From: an uncultured Gemmatimonadales bacterium | GTDB lineage: Bacteria; Gemmatimonadota; Gemmatimonadetes; Gemmatimonadales; GWC2-71-9 | Direction of reading: 5' to 3' | DNA: 64,000 nucleotides | NCBI GenBank assembly: GCA_963771275.1 | Contig: CAVYSW010000010.1 | Span: 512,001 to 576,000, forward strand | Shown: piece after piece, positions 19,543-29,599 of the stretch | How positions within the stretch are numbered: position 1 is the stretch's first letter | How the letters are laid out: each line of letters begins with the position of its first letter | Position numbers and translations under genes: made by a program | Notes under the pieces: model-generated | Seen by the model: the letters and a program-made list of their open reading frames with translations, nothing else | What the model was told of the DNA's origin: nothing | The model's database searches: none

Positions 19543-20244
19543 ATGCTGGAGAATTTGGGCGAGGACATTCGGGTGGTGAAAGAGCGTGACCCGGCCGCGC
19601 GGACCACGCTCGAGATCCTGCTGTGCTACCCGGGCCTCCACGCGGTGTGGTTCCACCGCGCGGCGCACGCGCTGTGGGGCGCCGGTCTCAAGACGGCCGG
19701 CCGGTGGCTGTCGCACGTGGGGCGGTTTCTCACGGGCATCGAGATCCACCCCGCGGCGGTGATCGGCCGGCGGTTCTTCATCGACCACGGCATGGGCGTC
19801 GTGATCGGTGAGACGACGGAGATCGGCCACGACGTGCTGCTGTATCAGGGGGTCACACTTGGCGGCGTCTCCCTGGAGCGTACCAAGCGCCACCCAACCC
19901 TCGGCAACAACATTGTGGTCGGTGCCGGGGCGAGGATCCTCGGGCCCGTGCGGATTGGCGACGGGGCGCGGGTCGGCGCCTCGTCGGTGGTCGTGACCGA
20001 CGTGCCGGCCGGGACCACCGTGGTGGGGATTCCCGCGCGCCCGGTGAAGCCGCGCGCGGGGGAGACGGAGCAGCAGATCACCCTGCACCACGAGCGCATC
20101 GCGGACCCGGTAGACCATGTGCTCGCGGCGATCGAGTCGCGGCTCGGCGCCGTGGAGCGTACGCTGCGGCGCCACGCCGAGCGCGAGCGCGGCGCAGACG
20201 AGGCCCTGTCGCGCGCGGTCGGCGCGCGGGATTACGAGATCTGA
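19543..20244 (+). CDS. cysE: Serine O-acetyltransferase
   Basis: RDPAA, YPGLHA, GIEIHP.A.IG..FFIDHG.GVVIGET, KRHPT. Confidence 0.97.
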   Translation: MLENLGEDIRVVKERDPAARTTLEILLCYPGLHAVWFHRAAHALWGAGLKTAGRWLSHVGRFLTGIEIHPAAVIGRRFFIDHGMGVVIGETTEIGHDVLLYQGVTLGGVSLERTKRHPTLGNNIVVGAGARILGPVRIGDGARVGASSVVVTDVPAGTTVVGIPARPVKPRAGETEQQITLHHERIADPVDHVLAAIESRLGAVERTLRRHAERERGADEALSRAVGARDYEI

Positions 20245-20290
20245 ATCACCTGTCCGCCCGCCTGGGCGGCGCCGGAGACGGGAGAACAGC

Positions 20291-21271
20291 ATGGCGCGCA
20301 TCTTCGAGGACATCACCGAGACCATCGGCAACACCCCGCTCGTCCGCCTACGGCGCCTGACCGACGGAGTCACCGCGGACGTGCTGGCCAAGCTCGAGTT
20401 CTTCAATCCGCTCTCGAGCGTGAAGGACCGCATCGGCGTGGCGATGATCCAGGCAGCCGAGCGGGCCGGGACGATCAAGCCCGGCGACACGCTGATCGAG
20501 CCGACGAGCGGGAACACCGGGATCGCGCTGGCGTTCGTGGCGGCGGCGCGCGGCTACCGCCTGATCCTCACGATGCCGGACACGATGAGCGTCGAGCGGC
20601 GGGCACTGCTGCGCGCGCTCGGGGCGGAGATCGTGCTCACGCCGGGGAGCAAGGGGATGAAAGGCGCGATCGCCATGGCCGGCGAATTGCTGCGTCGGCA
20701 TCCCGGCGCGTTCATGCCGCAGCAGTTCGAGAACCCCGCCAATCCGCAGATCCACCGCGAAACCACGGCGGAGGAGATCTGGCGGGACACCGATGGCGCG
20801 GCCGACATCCTGGTCGCCGGGGTCGGCACCGGCGGCACGCTCACCGGTGTCGCCTCCGTGCTCAAGCGACGCAAGCCGGCGTTCCGTGCCGTCGCCGTCG
20901 AGCCCACCGCGTCGGCGGTGCTCTCCGGCGGGCAGCCCGGCGCTCACAAGATCCAGGGGATCGGCGCCGGCTTCGTGCCCGACATCCTCGATGTCTCGTT
21001 GATCGACGAGGTGGTCGCGATCGACGACGACACGGCGTTCGCGACGGCGCGCCGGCTGGCGCGGGAGGAAGGCATCCTCGCCGGGATCTCGTCGGGTGCG
21101 GCCGTTGCGGCGGCGCTCCGGGTGGCCGCCCGCCCGGAGAGCACCGGCAAGACGATTGTCGTGATCCTGCCGTCGAGCGGCGAGCGCTACCTCACGACGG
21201 CCCTCTACCGGGACATCCTCGACGAGGTGGCGGCCATGCGGGCGGTGGAGGAGGCGCCGGCCACCGTCTAG
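20291..21271 (+). CDS. cysK: Cysteine synthase A
   Basis: [45 protein letters not shown]. Confidence 0.97.
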   Translation: MARIFEDITETIGNTPLVRLRRLTDGVTADVLAKLEFFNPLSSVKDRIGVAMIQAAERAGTIKPGDTLIEPTSGNTGIALAFVAAARGYRLILTMPDTMSVERRALLRALGAEIVLTPGSKGMKGAIAMAGELLRRHPGAFMPQQFENPANPQIHRETTAEEIWRDTDGAADILVAGVGTGGTLTGVASVLKRRKPAFRAVAVEPTASAVLSGGQPGAHKIQGIGAGFVPDILDVSLIDEVVAIDDDTAFATARRLAREEGILAGISSGAAVAAALRVAARPESTGKTIVVILPSSGERYLTTALYRDILDEVAAMRAVEEAPATV

Positions 21272-21305
21272 GACCGGCGGCGTCGGCCCGCGGTCGCGAC
21301 GGTGC

Positions 21306-21938
21306 CTAGCGGAGCCCGCCCGTCGCGAGCCAGGCCGCGAATGCGGCGATCGCGCGACCGCGATGGCTCACGCCCGCCTTCTCCTCCGGCGTGGCGTCGC
21401 CGAAGCTCTTTGCCAGATCGTCGGACAAGAACAGCGGGTCGTAGCCGAACCCGCCAGTCCCCTGCGGCGCCTCGAGGATGCGACCGGTACAGGTGCCCTC
21501 GAACGCCCGGGGAATCGCGTCGTGCCGGGCGAGGAACACGGCCACGCAGCGGTAGCGCGCGCGCCGCCGCTCGGGCGACGCGCCCGCGAGGCGCCGCAAC
21601 AGTTCCGCGTTGTTCGCGGCGTCCTGCTCGCGCGGGTCAGGCGTGGGAAGGGCGAAGCGGCGCGAGCGCACACCCGGCGCCCCGCCCAGCGCGAACACCT
21701 CGATGCCGGAGTCCTCGGCAAGCGTCGGCATGCGCGCGAGCTTGGCGAAGTACTCGGCCTTGCGCCGGGCGTTGCCCTCGAACGACCCGACATCCTCGAT
21801 CCCGGCCTCCTCGGGGCGCTCCCACAGGCCGCGATCGTCCGGGAAGACGGGCTCACAGGCGGCGTCCGCGAGCAGTTGACGGATCTCGCGCTGCTTGCCG
21901 GGGTTCCGCGTCGCCACCAGGAGCTTGGGATGACTCAT
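21306..21938 (-). CDS. rdgB: Non-canonical purine NTP pyrophosphatase
   Basis: ATRNPGK, EDSG, GFGYDPLF, SHRG; follows rph. Confidence 0.93.
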   Translation of the reverse strand: MSHPKLLVATRNPGKQREIRQLLADAACEPVFPDDRGLWERPEEAGIEDVGSFEGNARRKAEYFAKLARMPTLAEDSGIEVFALGGAPGVRSRRFALPTPDPREQDAANNAELLRRLAGASPERRRARYRCVAVFLARHDAIPRAFEGTCTGRILEAPQGTGGFGYDPLFLSDDLAKSFGDATPEEKAGVSHRGRAIAAFAAWLATGGLR

Positions 21939-22657
21939 GCGAGCGCCTGCCGCTGCAACGCGAACAGCTGAGCGATCCCCCGGTCGGCCAGCGCCAGCAT
22001 GCGATCCAGATCCCCGCGCCCGAAATGGCCGCCCTCCCCGGTCGCCTGCACCTCCACGTAGCGATCCGGCTCCAGCACCACCACGTTGGCGTCCACCTCG
22101 GCGACGCGGTCTTCCGCATAGCAGAGGTCGAGCAGCGGCGTGCCCTCCACGATGCCGACGGACACGGCGGCGACGAGCCGCGTGAACGGGTTCGCGACGC
22201 CGCGGCGGTCCGCCAGCCACGCGCACGCATCCGCCACCGCCACGGCGGCCCCCGTGATGGCGGCCGTGCGGGTGCCGCCGTCCGCCTGGAGCACGTCGCA
22301 ATCGACCTGGATCGTCCGCTCGCCGAAGGCGAATGACGCCAGCGCGCCGCGCAGGCTCCGCCCGATGAGCCGCTGGATCTCCTGCGTCCGTCCGCCCGGG
22401 CCGGCGCGCTCGCGGGGTGTGCGCTCGGTCGTCGCGCGCGGCAGCATGGCGTACTCCGCCGTGAGCCAGCCGAGACCGCTGCCGCGGCGCCAGGCCGGCA
22501 CCGATTCGAGAACGGTCGCCGTGCAGAGCACGAGGCTCGCGCCGAACCGGACCAGGCACGAGCCCTCGGCGTAGGGGTTGGCGCCGCGCTCGAGCGTCAC
22601 AGGGCGCAGGGCGTCGGCTGCGCGATCGTCGGGTCGTGCCACGGATCGCTCCGGCAT
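21935..22657 (-). CDS. rph: Ribonuclease PH
   Basis: GWLTAEYAMLP, GRTQEIQRLIGRSLR, DCDVLQADGGTR. Confidence 0.97.
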   Translation of the reverse strand: MPERSVARPDDRAADALRPVTLERGANPYAEGSCLVRFGASLVLCTATVLESVPAWRRGSGLGWLTAEYAMLPRATTERTPRERAGPGGRTQEIQRLIGRSLRGALASFAFGERTIQVDCDVLQADGGTRTAAITGAAVAVADACAWLADRRGVANPFTRLVAAVSVGIVEGTPLLDLCYAEDRVAEVDANVVVLEPDRYVEVQATGEGGHFGRGDLDRMLALADRGIAQLFALQRQALA

Positions 22658-22707
22658 GCGAAGGTTGAATGCCCCGGGGCCGGCGGCCCCACGAGCGGCA
22701 CGTGGTG

Positions 22708-23088
22708 CTAGAGCTGCTGGCGGACCTGTGGCCTGAACGTCAGGGGCACGCGGGTCACCAGGAGGTCGAGCGTCACCTGCCACGCGGTCGCGATGACGAT
22801 CTCGCGGGGTCGGGTGCGCCGGCGGATCGTCACCCGTCGCGCTTCGGGAGGGAGCTGGAGCTCGTCGGCCTTGGCGCGGAGGCGTCGGCGGATGGACTCG
22901 TCATCGAGATTGTTCGCGAACTGAGCCTGCGTCCGCATCTCGTCTCTCATGGCCCAGTAGTTGATGTAGGAGCGCACGTTCGTGATGGTCAAATAGGTCG
23001 CGGCGCCGAGCAGCGCGAGCGTCAACAGGCAGCCGAGCTTGACCTTCCCCCGGCGATTCCCGATCCGGCGACGCAGCGTGCTCACCAT
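22708..23088 (-). CDS. Hypothetical protein with N-terminal TM (pilin-like leader, DUF4845-like)
   Basis: RRG-KVKLGCLL hydrophobic stretch; overlaps the lptE stop. Confidence 0.7.
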   Translation of the reverse strand: MVSTLRRRIGNRRGKVKLGCLLTLALLGAATYLTITNVRSYINYWAMRDEMRTQAQFANNLDDESIRRRLRAKADELQLPPEARRVTIRRRTRPREIVIATAWQVTLDLLVTRVPLTFRPQVRQQL

Positions 23089-23606
23089 TGCGACTGGGCT
23101 CCGTCCACGATGTCGGTCACGAGCTTGGCCAGGGCTGTCTGGCGTCCCTGCCGTTCCTGCCCGGGCTGGTACTCCCCGTCCACCATCATGCTCTGGCGTT
23201 GCCACAGGGGTTTTCCTTCCCGCTGATCGATGATCTCCACCCGCAACGTGAGCTGAACCCGGCGCGCCGTGACCTCCACGCGCCCTCCTTCCCGCTGGCT
23301 GGGCTGGAATGACAGCGGGATATCCGCCTCGTAGCGCAGAATCGCGCCGCGCACGACGGCGTCGGCGTTCGCTTCGGAGGCCGAGCGCAGCCCCAGACGG
23401 TCCTGCATGGCCTCGCGCAGCGCGTCGGCCACCTCCTGCGTGAGCAACGGCTCGGCCGTCTGGTTGTCGAAGGGAAGAATGGCGACGGTGCGGATCTGCG
23501 GTGGCAGGCCCCCGCCGGCGAACCCGTAGCAGCCCGCGGACGCGAGCAGCAGGCTCAGCGCGACCGCGCTACGAGCGGTTCCACGTGTCCGGAGGGAATG
23601 CCGCAA
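23082..23606 (-). CDS. lptE: LPS assembly lipoprotein LptE family
   Basis: Lipobox SAGC-YGF, LP..IRTVAI.PF.N.T; start (TTG) uncertain. Confidence 0.8.
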   Translation of the reverse strand: MRHSLRTRGTARSAVALSLLLASAGCYGFAGGGLPPQIRTVAILPFDNQTAEPLLTQEVADALREAMQDRLGLRSASEANADAVVRGAILRYEADIPLSFQPSQREGGRVEVTARRVQLTLRVEIIDQREGKPLWQRQSMMVDGEYQPGQERQGRQTALAKLVTDIVDGAQSQW

Positions 23607-24291
23607 CGCTGTCGAGGGCCTGCACGGTGAACGTGAGCCTGGAGCCGCCGCCAGGGAACCGCATGACGGCCCGGGTCGGCCGCGGGGCATCCGGCGCGAG
23701 CTCCACCACCACCACGCCCGCGACCCGTTCGCTGTGCCGGACCTCCGCCTGCAGGCGCGGTGTCGATCCCCGCTGATAGATGAAGTCAATTGCCTCCTCG
23801 CCATTCACGTACCGCCAGGCGCGCCATCGCGCCTCTTGCCGCCCCGCGGTCGTGGCGCCCCCGCCCGGCGGGACCACGATGCCCAGCGCGGCCCAGAGAA
23901 TCGGCGCCACGGGCACGAGGCCCTGGAAGTCCCCCTCCGGGTCCGCCCAGAGCGGGTCGTTCGCCACGATCACCGCGCTGCCCGACTTCCCGAACGGCCC
24001 GCGATAGTCGAACCGCAGCGTGTCGGGCGGCGCGTAGCGCACGGCGGCCCGGCCGGCGGAGCTCCCCTGGTTGTTCTCGAACCGCCAGCGCAGCTCGTAC
24101 TGCAGCGGCACCCGCGGCTGGAATTCCGCGGCCCACATGCTGACCGTGTCCGCGGACGTGGGCAGCAAGTTGGCGGGTGCGATGCTCTTGAGGCCCCGTA
24201 CGCACCCCGCGCCCGCCGCCACCAGCCCGACCGCCACGAGGGCATGATAAGGTAGCCCGCCGAGCCGGTCAAGCAGAAGTGCTTGTCGCAT
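23569..24291 (-). CDS. Hypothetical lipoprotein
   Basis: Lipobox GAGC, beta-rich body; coupled to the Omp85 gene. Confidence 0.7.
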   Translation of the reverse strand: MRQALLLDRLGGLPYHALVAVGLVAAGAGCVRGLKSIAPANLLPTSADTVSMWAAEFQPRVPLQYELRWRFENNQGSSAGRAAVRYAPPDTLRFDYRGPFGKSGSAVIVANDPLWADPEGDFQGLVPVAPILWAALGIVVPPGGGATTAGRQEARWRAWRYVNGEEAIDFIYQRGSTPRLQAEVRHSERVAGVVVVELAPDAPRPTRAVMRFPGGGSRLTFTVQALDSVAAFPPDTWNRS

Positions 24292-27119
24292 CAGTAGTTA
24301 AAGCCGAAGAAGAAGTCAACGAAGTTGCGGTTCCCTTGCAGCTGTGGCAGCGAGTAGGCGGCGTAGTTGCCCATGCTGAACCGCCATCCGATGTCGAGCC
24401 GCAGGACCAGCGCGTAGAACACCGGCATGCGGAGACCAAACCCCGCGCTCCCCAGCAGGCCGCGGGCCGTGGACTCCTTGGTCCACGCGCCACCCACATC
24501 CGTGAACAGCGCTCCCTGGACGCCGGGCAGCCGAATCTCGCCGAACGGAAAGCCGATCGCGAGGAAGTTCGACAGCGGGAACCGCAGCTCCTGATTCAGC
24601 ATCACGGCGCGCGTGCCGCCCACGTTGCCCAGGACGGGATAGCCGCGCAGCCCCCACGACCCGCCGATCGCGACCCGTCGGGGCCGACTGCCTTCCGAGA
24701 AGTAGCCGAACGCCCGCACCGCATATGCCGCCTGCGGGGCGATCCGGAGGTAGCGGCGCTCGTCGAGCATCACGAGCCAGGAATCGAACCGGCCGTTCGA
24801 CAGGTCGTTGGTGAGCCCCACGGTGACGTTGCGGCGCTCACCGTCGATTGGACCGGTGGGCAGCCACAGCGAGTTGTCCCGCACGAGACTCACGTACTGC
24901 GACGCGAGCCACCCGACGCGGCGGGGCTCCACGGGGTCGCCACCGACGAGATCGAACCGGTTCGAGTGCTCGAGCCGGAACTGGCCTTCCACCCTGGAGA
25001 AGCGCGAGAACGGCCAGCGCACCTCGGCGAAGCCCCCGCCCGCGGTCTCCTCGTAGACCGTTTCGAAGTCGCCCTCGTAGAACACGCCCCGGAACCGGAA
25101 CGCCCCCGCCCCCCAGTTGAGCCGCCGTTTCTGGTTCAGGTAGAAGGCGGTCCCGCTGAAGTTCTCGAGCAGGCTGCCGTACCCCGACTGCTGGAAGGAC
25201 GTGATGCTGAGAAACAGCAGGTGATCGTTGAGCAGGTCGGAGAACAGCAGCAGGGCTCCGGCGGCCGATCCCATGCCCGGCGCCAACGCGGCTTCGCCGC
25301 TTGCGAAATCGAGCGAGAACTTGCGCTCATACGGCGCGGGATCGGCGTGGGCGTAGCGATCCACGGCGAGCTCCGTCCAGCCCCATCCCGGGGGCAGCCG
25401 GTCGGGGGCGAGCGCAAACGTCGCGCCGTTCGGCACGCCCGGTTGGCGGGCGCGGAAGATGCCGAACGACAGCTCGTGGAAGCCCCCGTAGACCAGCGCA
25501 TGGTCGGACTCGATCCACTCCGGATCGAACGCACCGCTCAGGGTCTCCGTCTCCTGGCGCCCGACCCCGGTGGCATCCGCCGAGTAGATGTCGAACACGC
25601 CGCTGCGGTCGGACGAGAAGTAGATGCGGCCGTTCGACGCCCAGCGCGGCGTCTCGTCGCGCCAGCGCCCGTACGTCAGGTAGCTGATGCTGTCCGTCGC
25701 CACGTCGAGCAGGAAGAGGTTCAGCGCCCCGTCGGGGCCGAACGGTGTGCGATCGGACGCGAACACGAGCGTGCGGCCGTCGGGGCTGAACGACGGGTCG
25801 ACGTCCTGGAAGCGGTCTCGCGTGAGCGGCTCGAGTCGGCCGTCCGGCAGGCGCAACCGATAGAGGTCCGACACGCCGGACACGGTGAGGCCGCTGAACA
25901 CGATGCTCCGGCCGTCGGGGGCCCAGGTCGGCGACAGGATCGAGATCAAGTCGGGGAACTGGTAGCGACCCACGACGCGGCCACGGGGGAGGTCCCAGAT
26001 GAACAGCGCGTCGCGCTCGAGGTACTTGCTGGTGAACGCGGCCACCGTGTCGTGGACGTCGATGCGCGAGGCGAACGGGTGGAACGACTCGAACTGGGCG
26101 GAGCGCTCGCCTTTCACCACGGGATGGGCGGAGCCCGGGCGGTCGAGCGGCATGCCGTAAATCGCCATGTATCCGCTGCGCGGCGACAGGTACAGCAGCT
26201 GCGTCGCCGAGTCGCGCACCGTGCGATACGCCACCGGCTTGATGGCGAGCTCGGCGAGCTGCCACGCGGTCACCCCCATCGGCTCGCGCTCGCTCACCGC
26301 GGGGAAGTAGCGCTGGCGGAAGTAGTGCTGGTATCGCTCGTTCAGCTCGGCGATCGGCACGCCGTACACGCCCTCGAGGACTTCCGTGAAGCTCCCGTAT
26401 TTCCACAGCGTTCGGTAGAGCACCTGCACGCGCCAGTCGCCGAACTCGGTGGCCAGCCAGTGGTGGATGGCGCCGCCCAGGGGGTAGACGACGGAGCCGT
26501 AGATGAAGTTGAGCTGCTCCAGGGTCGGCAGGACCCCCGAGATGGTCAGCTCGCGGAGGATCATCTCGTCACGGGTATCCTCCCCACCCGACCACAGCTC
26601 CGCGAGCCCCTCGGTCCACCACAGCGGCAGGGCCGGGCGAAACCCACGCGGGTAGCGCTCGAACGCTTCGACCGCGACGCTCAGCTGGAAGGCGTGCACC
26701 ATCTCGTGTCGCAGGGTGTGCCGGAACTCGGCGTAATCGCCCTGGAACGGGATCATCACCCGCGAGCGCATGAACTCGGTGACGCCGAGGATGCCCTCCG
26801 GGGGCACGAACGGCAGCACGTTGGTCTGCTCGAAGTCCGTGTGGGACGCGTAGATGATCAGCGGGATGCGGCGCGGTGGTGTGTGGCCGAACTTCCGCTC
26901 GAGCACGTCGAAGCTCTCTTCGGCGTACGCGAGCCCGACGCGCGCGATCTGGTCCTCTTCGGGATAGAAATACAGATCGACGTGCTCGCCGCGGAGCACC
27001 TGCCAGGCGAAGTCCTTGAACTGGATCTTGTTCTGCCCGAAGTAGTTCAGCTGTGCGGGCGACGTTCGCGGAGCCAGGGCCGCGAGCGTCGCGAGCAGCA
27101 CCAGGGCGGCGTGGCGCAT
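24291..27119 (-). CDS. Omp85/BamA-family protein with N-terminal HExxH metallopeptidase and PD40/TolB-like propeller
   Basis: FGQNKIQ, HEMVH...EGLAE, PTWAPDG/PSFSPDG repeats, GG...LRGY, C-terminal FFFGFNY. Confidence 0.88.
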   Translation of the reverse strand: MRHAALVLLATLAALAPRTSPAQLNYFGQNKIQFKDFAWQVLRGEHVDLYFYPEEDQIARVGLAYAEESFDVLERKFGHTPPRRIPLIIYASHTDFEQTNVLPFVPPEGILGVTEFMRSRVMIPFQGDYAEFRHTLRHEMVHAFQLSVAVEAFERYPRGFRPALPLWWTEGLAELWSGGEDTRDEMILRELTISGVLPTLEQLNFIYGSVVYPLGGAIHHWLATEFGDWRVQVLYRTLWKYGSFTEVLEGVYGVPIAELNERYQHYFRQRYFPAVSEREPMGVTAWQLAELAIKPVAYRTVRDSATQLLYLSPRSGYMAIYGMPLDRPGSAHPVVKGERSAQFESFHPFASRIDVHDTVAAFTSKYLERDALFIWDLPRGRVVGRYQFPDLISILSPTWAPDGRSIVFSGLTVSGVSDLYRLRLPDGRLEPLTRDRFQDVDPSFSPDGRTLVFASDRTPFGPDGALNLFLLDVATDSISYLTYGRWRDETPRWASNGRIYFSSDRSGVFDIYSADATGVGRQETETLSGAFDPEWIESDHALVYGGFHELSFGIFRARQPGVPNGATFALAPDRLPPGWGWTELAVDRYAHADPAPYERKFSLDFASGEAALAPGMGSAAGALLLFSDLLNDHLLFLSITSFQQSGYGSLLENFSGTAFYLNQKRRLNWGAGAFRFRGVFYEGDFETVYEETAGGGFAEVRWPFSRFSRVEGQFRLEHSNRFDLVGGDPVEPRRVGWLASQYVSLVRDNSLWLPTGPIDGERRNVTVGLTNDLSNGRFDSWLVMLDERRYLRIAPQAAYAVRAFGYFSEGSRPRRVAIGGSWGLRGYPVLGNVGGTRAVMLNQELRFPLSNFLAIGFPFGEIRLPGVQGALFTDVGGAWTKESTARGLLGSAGFGLRMPVFYALVLRLDIGWRFSMGNYAAYSLPQLQGNRNFVDFFFGFNY

Positions 27120-27125
27120 GGTCCC

Positions 27126-29156
27126 TTAGGGCCGGCGGATGGTCCGGATCCGGTCGCCCTGCGTGATCAGGTCGACCACCTCCATGCCGGAGATTACCCG
27201 CCCAATGACCGTAAAGGTTCCGTCGAGGTGGGGCTGCGGGCTCAGCGTGACGAAGAACTGGCTCCCGCCGGTGTCCGGTCCGGACAGGGCGATGCCGACC
27301 GAGCCCTGCTGAAACCGGTTGCGATTGACCTCGTCGCGCAGGGTGAAGCCCGGCCCGCCCCAGCCGTCGCCGCGCGGGTCGCCGTCCTGAATCACGAAGT
27401 TCGGCACGACGCGGTGCCAGGTGCCCCCGTCGAACACCCGCTGATCCACCAGTTGGAGGAACGCGCTCACCGTGAGCGGCGCGTCGGCGGCGAACAGATC
27501 GATCGTCAGCCGTCCCCGGTCGGTGTCCACGATGATGCTCTGCGTGCCCCCGCCGGCGAGATAGCGCCGGGCAATGCCGCGGTAGTCCTCGAAGCCGCGT
27601 CCGGTTGCGATCGGCGTGGGAGGGCCCCAGCGTCGCGCGGCCGCGGGGAACCGCTCCTGCGCCGCGCGTTTCACCAGGTAGTCGGTGCTCGCCGGGACCC
27701 GCGTCAGGAACCGGTCCTCGACCGCGATGCGCTCGGCGAAGCCCTGCTCGGAGATGCGCCCCAGCGCCGCCACGATGGCGATGCGGGCGTCCGGGATCGA
27801 GTCGCGCAGCGCGAGGCGGTAGCCGGCCACCAGCCGGTCGATGTCGGCCGGGTTGGCCGCGGCACCGAGCCGCTCCGCCGCCAGGGCGCGGACCACGGCG
27901 TCCGCGCGCGTGATGAGCTGACGGGACCAGACGGTGGCGGAATCGGGGCCCACGGCCGTGAGGCTGGTGAGGGCCACGGCCGCGACGCGGGGATCCTGGT
28001 CCTGGGTGAGGTACGTGAGCCACGGGATGACCGTGTCGCGGGCGATGTAGCCCAGCGCTTCGGCGCCCGCGGCGCGCTCCCGCCATTCCGGGTTGCTCAG
28101 CCACTCGGCGATCACGTCGAGCGCCGCGACGCCGGCGGTGCGGGCCAGACCGATCAGGGCCGCCCGGCGCACGGCGTAGGGCCTGCCGCCCACCAGATCC
28201 CGCAGTGCCGCGATCGCTGCGCCCCCGCCCAGCTCGCCGAGCGCCGTGACGGCCTGCACCCGCACGTTGAGGTCCTCGTCGGCGAGCCGATCGCGAACGG
28301 CGGGGACCAGGCTGCTGTCCCGGTAGCTGCCGAGCGCGCGGAGCGCGTTGATCCTGACGTGCGCGTTGTCGTCGCCGACCAGGCGACGCACGCGGGCCGC
28401 GAGCGCGGTGCGCTCCAGTCCCGCCGTGTCGGCGTACGGAGCCGTCAGGGCGCGGACGGCGTAGCCGCGCGCGTCCTCGTCGGGGTCACCGGTCGCGCCA
28501 AGCAGGACGTCCGCCGCGCGCGGCGCGCGCAGCCGGGCGAGCGAGTAGATGGCGCCGATCTTCGCGTGTCGCACGGGAGAAACGGCGAAGTCGAGCATCT
28601 GTTCCACGGGCGCGTCGGCGCCAAGCCGCCAGGCCTCGTTCAGGGCGACGTCCACCGCCAGCGGGGGCGCGGCACTTGCGGCGCGCGCGGCCCACGGCCC
28701 GAGCAGCTCGCGGAACACGGCGGCTGCCTCCGCGCCGCCCAGCTTGGCGATCGCGGTCACCGCCTCGGCGTGCACGTCGTTTTGCCGTTCGGCTGCCGTA
28801 TTGACGACGAGCTCCCGCAGCGCCGGGAGCGCCCGCGGATCCCGCAGCAGGCCGAGCGCGAACGCGGCCTCCCGCTGCACCGTGCTGTCGGGATCCTGCA
28901 GCAGCTCGAGCAGCAGGTCGGTCCCCTGGAAGTCCCCGATGTGACCGACGGCCCGCGCCGTCACGCGGCGCACCAGCGGGTCGGGATGCCGGGCCGCACC
29001 GTCGAGGACCGCGGCATTGAACTGCCTCGCGTCTTCCGCTTGGAGGATCGACGCCAGCACCTCGACGATCGCCGGGTCTTGCGCGGCCGCGACGCGGGGC
29101 GGCAGCGCCAGCGCCACCAGCACGGCGATGCGCCTACAGCCGGACGGGATCCGCAA
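27126..29156 (-). CDS. Secreted HEAT-repeat protein with C-terminal cyclophilin PPIase
   Basis: Signal AAAQ, HEAT repeats, HRVVPNFVIQDGDP, DTGGSQFF, PHLDG. Confidence 0.9.
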   Translation of the reverse strand: MRIPSGCRRIAVLVALALPPRVAAAQDPAIVEVLASILQAEDARQFNAAVLDGAARHPDPLVRRVTARAVGHIGDFQGTDLLLELLQDPDSTVQREAAFALGLLRDPRALPALRELVVNTAAERQNDVHAEAVTAIAKLGGAEAAAVFRELLGPWAARAASAAPPLAVDVALNEAWRLGADAPVEQMLDFAVSPVRHAKIGAIYSLARLRAPRAADVLLGATGDPDEDARGYAVRALTAPYADTAGLERTALAARVRRLVGDDNAHVRINALRALGSYRDSSLVPAVRDRLADEDLNVRVQAVTALGELGGGAAIAALRDLVGGRPYAVRRAALIGLARTAGVAALDVIAEWLSNPEWRERAAGAEALGYIARDTVIPWLTYLTQDQDPRVAAVALTSLTAVGPDSATVWSRQLITRADAVVRALAAERLGAAANPADIDRLVAGYRLALRDSIPDARIAIVAALGRISEQGFAERIAVEDRFLTRVPASTDYLVKRAAQERFPAAARRWGPPTPIATGRGFEDYRGIARRYLAGGGTQSIIVDTDRGRLTIDLFAADAPLTVSAFLQLVDQRVFDGGTWHRVVPNFVIQDGDPRGDGWGGPGFTLRDEVNRNRFQQGSVGIALSGPDTGGSQFFVTLSPQPHLDGTFTVIGRVISGMEVVDLITQGDRIRTIRRP

Positions 29157-29556
29157 CTTTCCTGAGTACCGACCGGATATCCGCAGGAATCGTGGTGATC
29201 GCATGGTTCTCGTCCAAGGCGATGAGCGCGGTGCGTGCCGTCGCGACCGTGCGGGCCTCCTCCGGCCGCTCCATCAGGTACCCGAACTCCACACCGCGGC
29301 TCGAGACGTCGCGCACCCAGCAGCGAATGCGCACGCGGTCGTCGTACCGCGCGGGTGACCGGTAGCGGACCTGAGCCTCCACGACCACCAGGCGGAAGCC
29401 GCGTTCCTCGAGGCCCCGGTAGCTCACCGAGCGCTCGCGCAGGTACTCGGTGCGCGCGACGTCACACCAGACGAGGTAGTTGGCGTGGTACGCCACACCC
29501 ATCTGGTCGGTTTCCGCGTACCGGACCGTGATCTCGGAGGTGGAGAATGGGTTCAC
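29134..29556 (-). CDS. Acyl-CoA thioesterase (YbgC/4HBT family)
   Basis: VRYAETDQMGVAYHANYL.W...AR. Confidence 0.92.
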   Translation of the reverse strand: MNPFSTSEITVRYAETDQMGVAYHANYLVWCDVARTEYLRERSVSYRGLEERGFRLVVVEAQVRYRSPARYDDRVRIRCWVRDVSSRGVEFGYLMERPEEARTVATARTALIALDENHAITTIPADIRSVLRKVADPVRL

Positions 29557-29599
29557 GGGGCGCGTGGCGTCGGTCGGGTCCTCACAATATACTGCGCCC

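Noticed and set aside
24279..29165. Very long antisense ORFs (1628 aa here; also 39104-41794, 31412-33262, 61815-63521)
   Set aside because: Shadow ORFs opposite well-supported genes, expected from high-GC codon bias; no recognisable motifs.
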